Origin: Octopus sinensis
Lineage: Eukaryota
Assembly: GCF_006345805.1 (NCBI RefSeq)
Contig: NC_043007.1
Location: 5,642,001-5,706,000, forward strand
Length of the DNA stretch: 64,000 nucleotides
Reading direction: 5' to 3'
Part shown: piece after piece, positions 62,750 to 64,000 of the stretch
Layout: every line of letters starts with the position of its first letter
How positions within the stretch are numbered: position 1 is the first letter of the stretch
Notes under the pieces: model-generated
What the model was told of the DNA's origin: nothing
What the model saw: the letters and a program-made list of their open reading frames with translations, nothing else
Database searches by the model: none
Made by a program: the position numbers and the translations under genes

Positions 62750-62982
62750 AGGCGGCGAGCTGGCAGAAACGTTAGCACGCCGGGCGAAATGCGTAGCCGT
62801 ATTTCGTCTGCCGATACGTTCTGAGTTCAAATTCCGCCGAGGTCAACTTTGCCTTTCATCCTTTCGGGGTCGATAAATTAAATACCAGTTACGCACTGGG
62901 GTCAATGTAATCGACTTAATCCGTTTGTCTGTCCTTGTTTGTCCTCTCTGTGTTTATCCCCTTGTGAGTAGTAAAGAAATAT
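62750..62982 (+). mobile_element. SINE family A, full length, young
   Basis: AAGGCGGCGAGCTGGCAGAAACGTTAGCACGCCGGGCGAAATGCG...GAGTAGTAAAGAAATA. Confidence 0.92.
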
Positions 62983-64000
62983 GTATAATGCGCAGTGTAG
63001 CATTGGCGACACGCTGCAATCTGTCCATCATCTGCTCTATATATCCGTATGCTTTTAGATTCTTGTATTGGTGAGAGAGGACACAGGAATGATGGGCTCA
63101 GTCAGAGTCCAGTAATTACTATTCCTTAGCACGTATTATAGATAGGAGAAGTAACCCAGTACAATAAATGTGATGAGGCAATTGGTACCTATCGTTCTAT
63201 ATGCTTATACTTTTGTGAACATCCTGCCTTCATCTGTAACCAGACTTTGCGTCCGCGTCCTTAACCTGCGATCAATATTTTCATCTGATATTCTTTATAA
63301 ATCAAGAGGAAAATCCGAAAAGTTTTGAAACCGTGAATTTTTAGATGCTCGATAATAAATAAAAAAAGGGTATTTTATTTCCAGCTAAAGTATTTAAAAT
63401 ATTTAAACTTGTTGAGGAAAGATTTATTAAGTAAAAAGCTATACAGATTCATAAAAACAGTTCAATCAAACGCTCGAGCGTTTTGAATTTAGCATGTTTA
63501 TCATGCATCTTCTTATAGATATATACTTTAGCTAAGTCATGATACCATGTACGATAAATTTTCTACGTGTGGAGAGAGCAAGCGTTGGAAAATAGAGACC
63601 CTTTCAATATCTTCCTCCCTCCACATATACTAAAGTGAACTTTCTTTATATTCCACTTTTATTTGTCACTCCTGGATAAATACTCTTTTACTCTATTTCA
63701 GGGTCTTTCTATTTATTAAGCCTTCATCTCTTACTCTCCGCTATATCTCACCGATTTTCGTCAACTTATAGCTGTAATCTCTTACTTTTCCTTCTTTGCT
63801 AAATGTATATTTTCGTGTCGTAAAACTTATATCATTTACGATATTTCATACTAAAATGCTGACTTATAGTGTCTCTTTTCTTTCCTTATTTGGTTCTTAG
63901 TTTCATCCCATATATTATGTTCATTGCCTCTTTTATTTCCTGTCCTCCTCACGTCCGCTGTCTTTCCTTCGTTTGCTCTCTCTCTCTCTCTCTCTCTCTC

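Overview
AT-rich, repeat-saturated eukaryotic genomic DNA, most likely intronic or intergenic sequence of a coleoid cephalopod (Octopus-like). The taxon is inferred from the tRNA-derived SINE families and microsatellite load. I cannot support any host protein-coding gene, true tRNA/rRNA gene or CRISPR array. Most ORF-track entries are microsatellite read-through or transposon fragments. Content: about 20 tRNA-headed SINEs in three families (my labels A, B, C); about 15 fragments of RLE-type (R4/Dong-like) non-LTR retrotransposons, mostly bounded by (TAA)n/(TAC)n/(CATA)n; single RTE and L1/Tx1-like remnants; two Tc1/mariner fragments, one hAT (Charlie/Buster-like) fragment, two MITE/foldback elements; and one Penelope-like element (PLE) with a GIY-YIG endonuclease. 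The main discovery is a hidden RNA layer that the ORF track does not show: seven hammerhead-ribozyme (HHR) motifs from five unrelated element families, parsed by hand. They sit at 2873-2918, 13142-13191, 13214-13264, 30349-30433, 30594-30631, 52925-52962 and 53245-53316. Most have a palindromic stem III, typical of dimer-cleaving PLE HHRs. Several carry non-canonical cores (G3:C8 swap, U6, C4). One is attached to a Pol III tRNA-like head. One truncated copy starts at the predicted self-cleavage site. Together they suggest a PLE-driven, ribozyme-processed family of non-autonomous retroelements (retrozymes/SINEs), several of them inserted in (TA)n. Ribozyme activity is untested inference.
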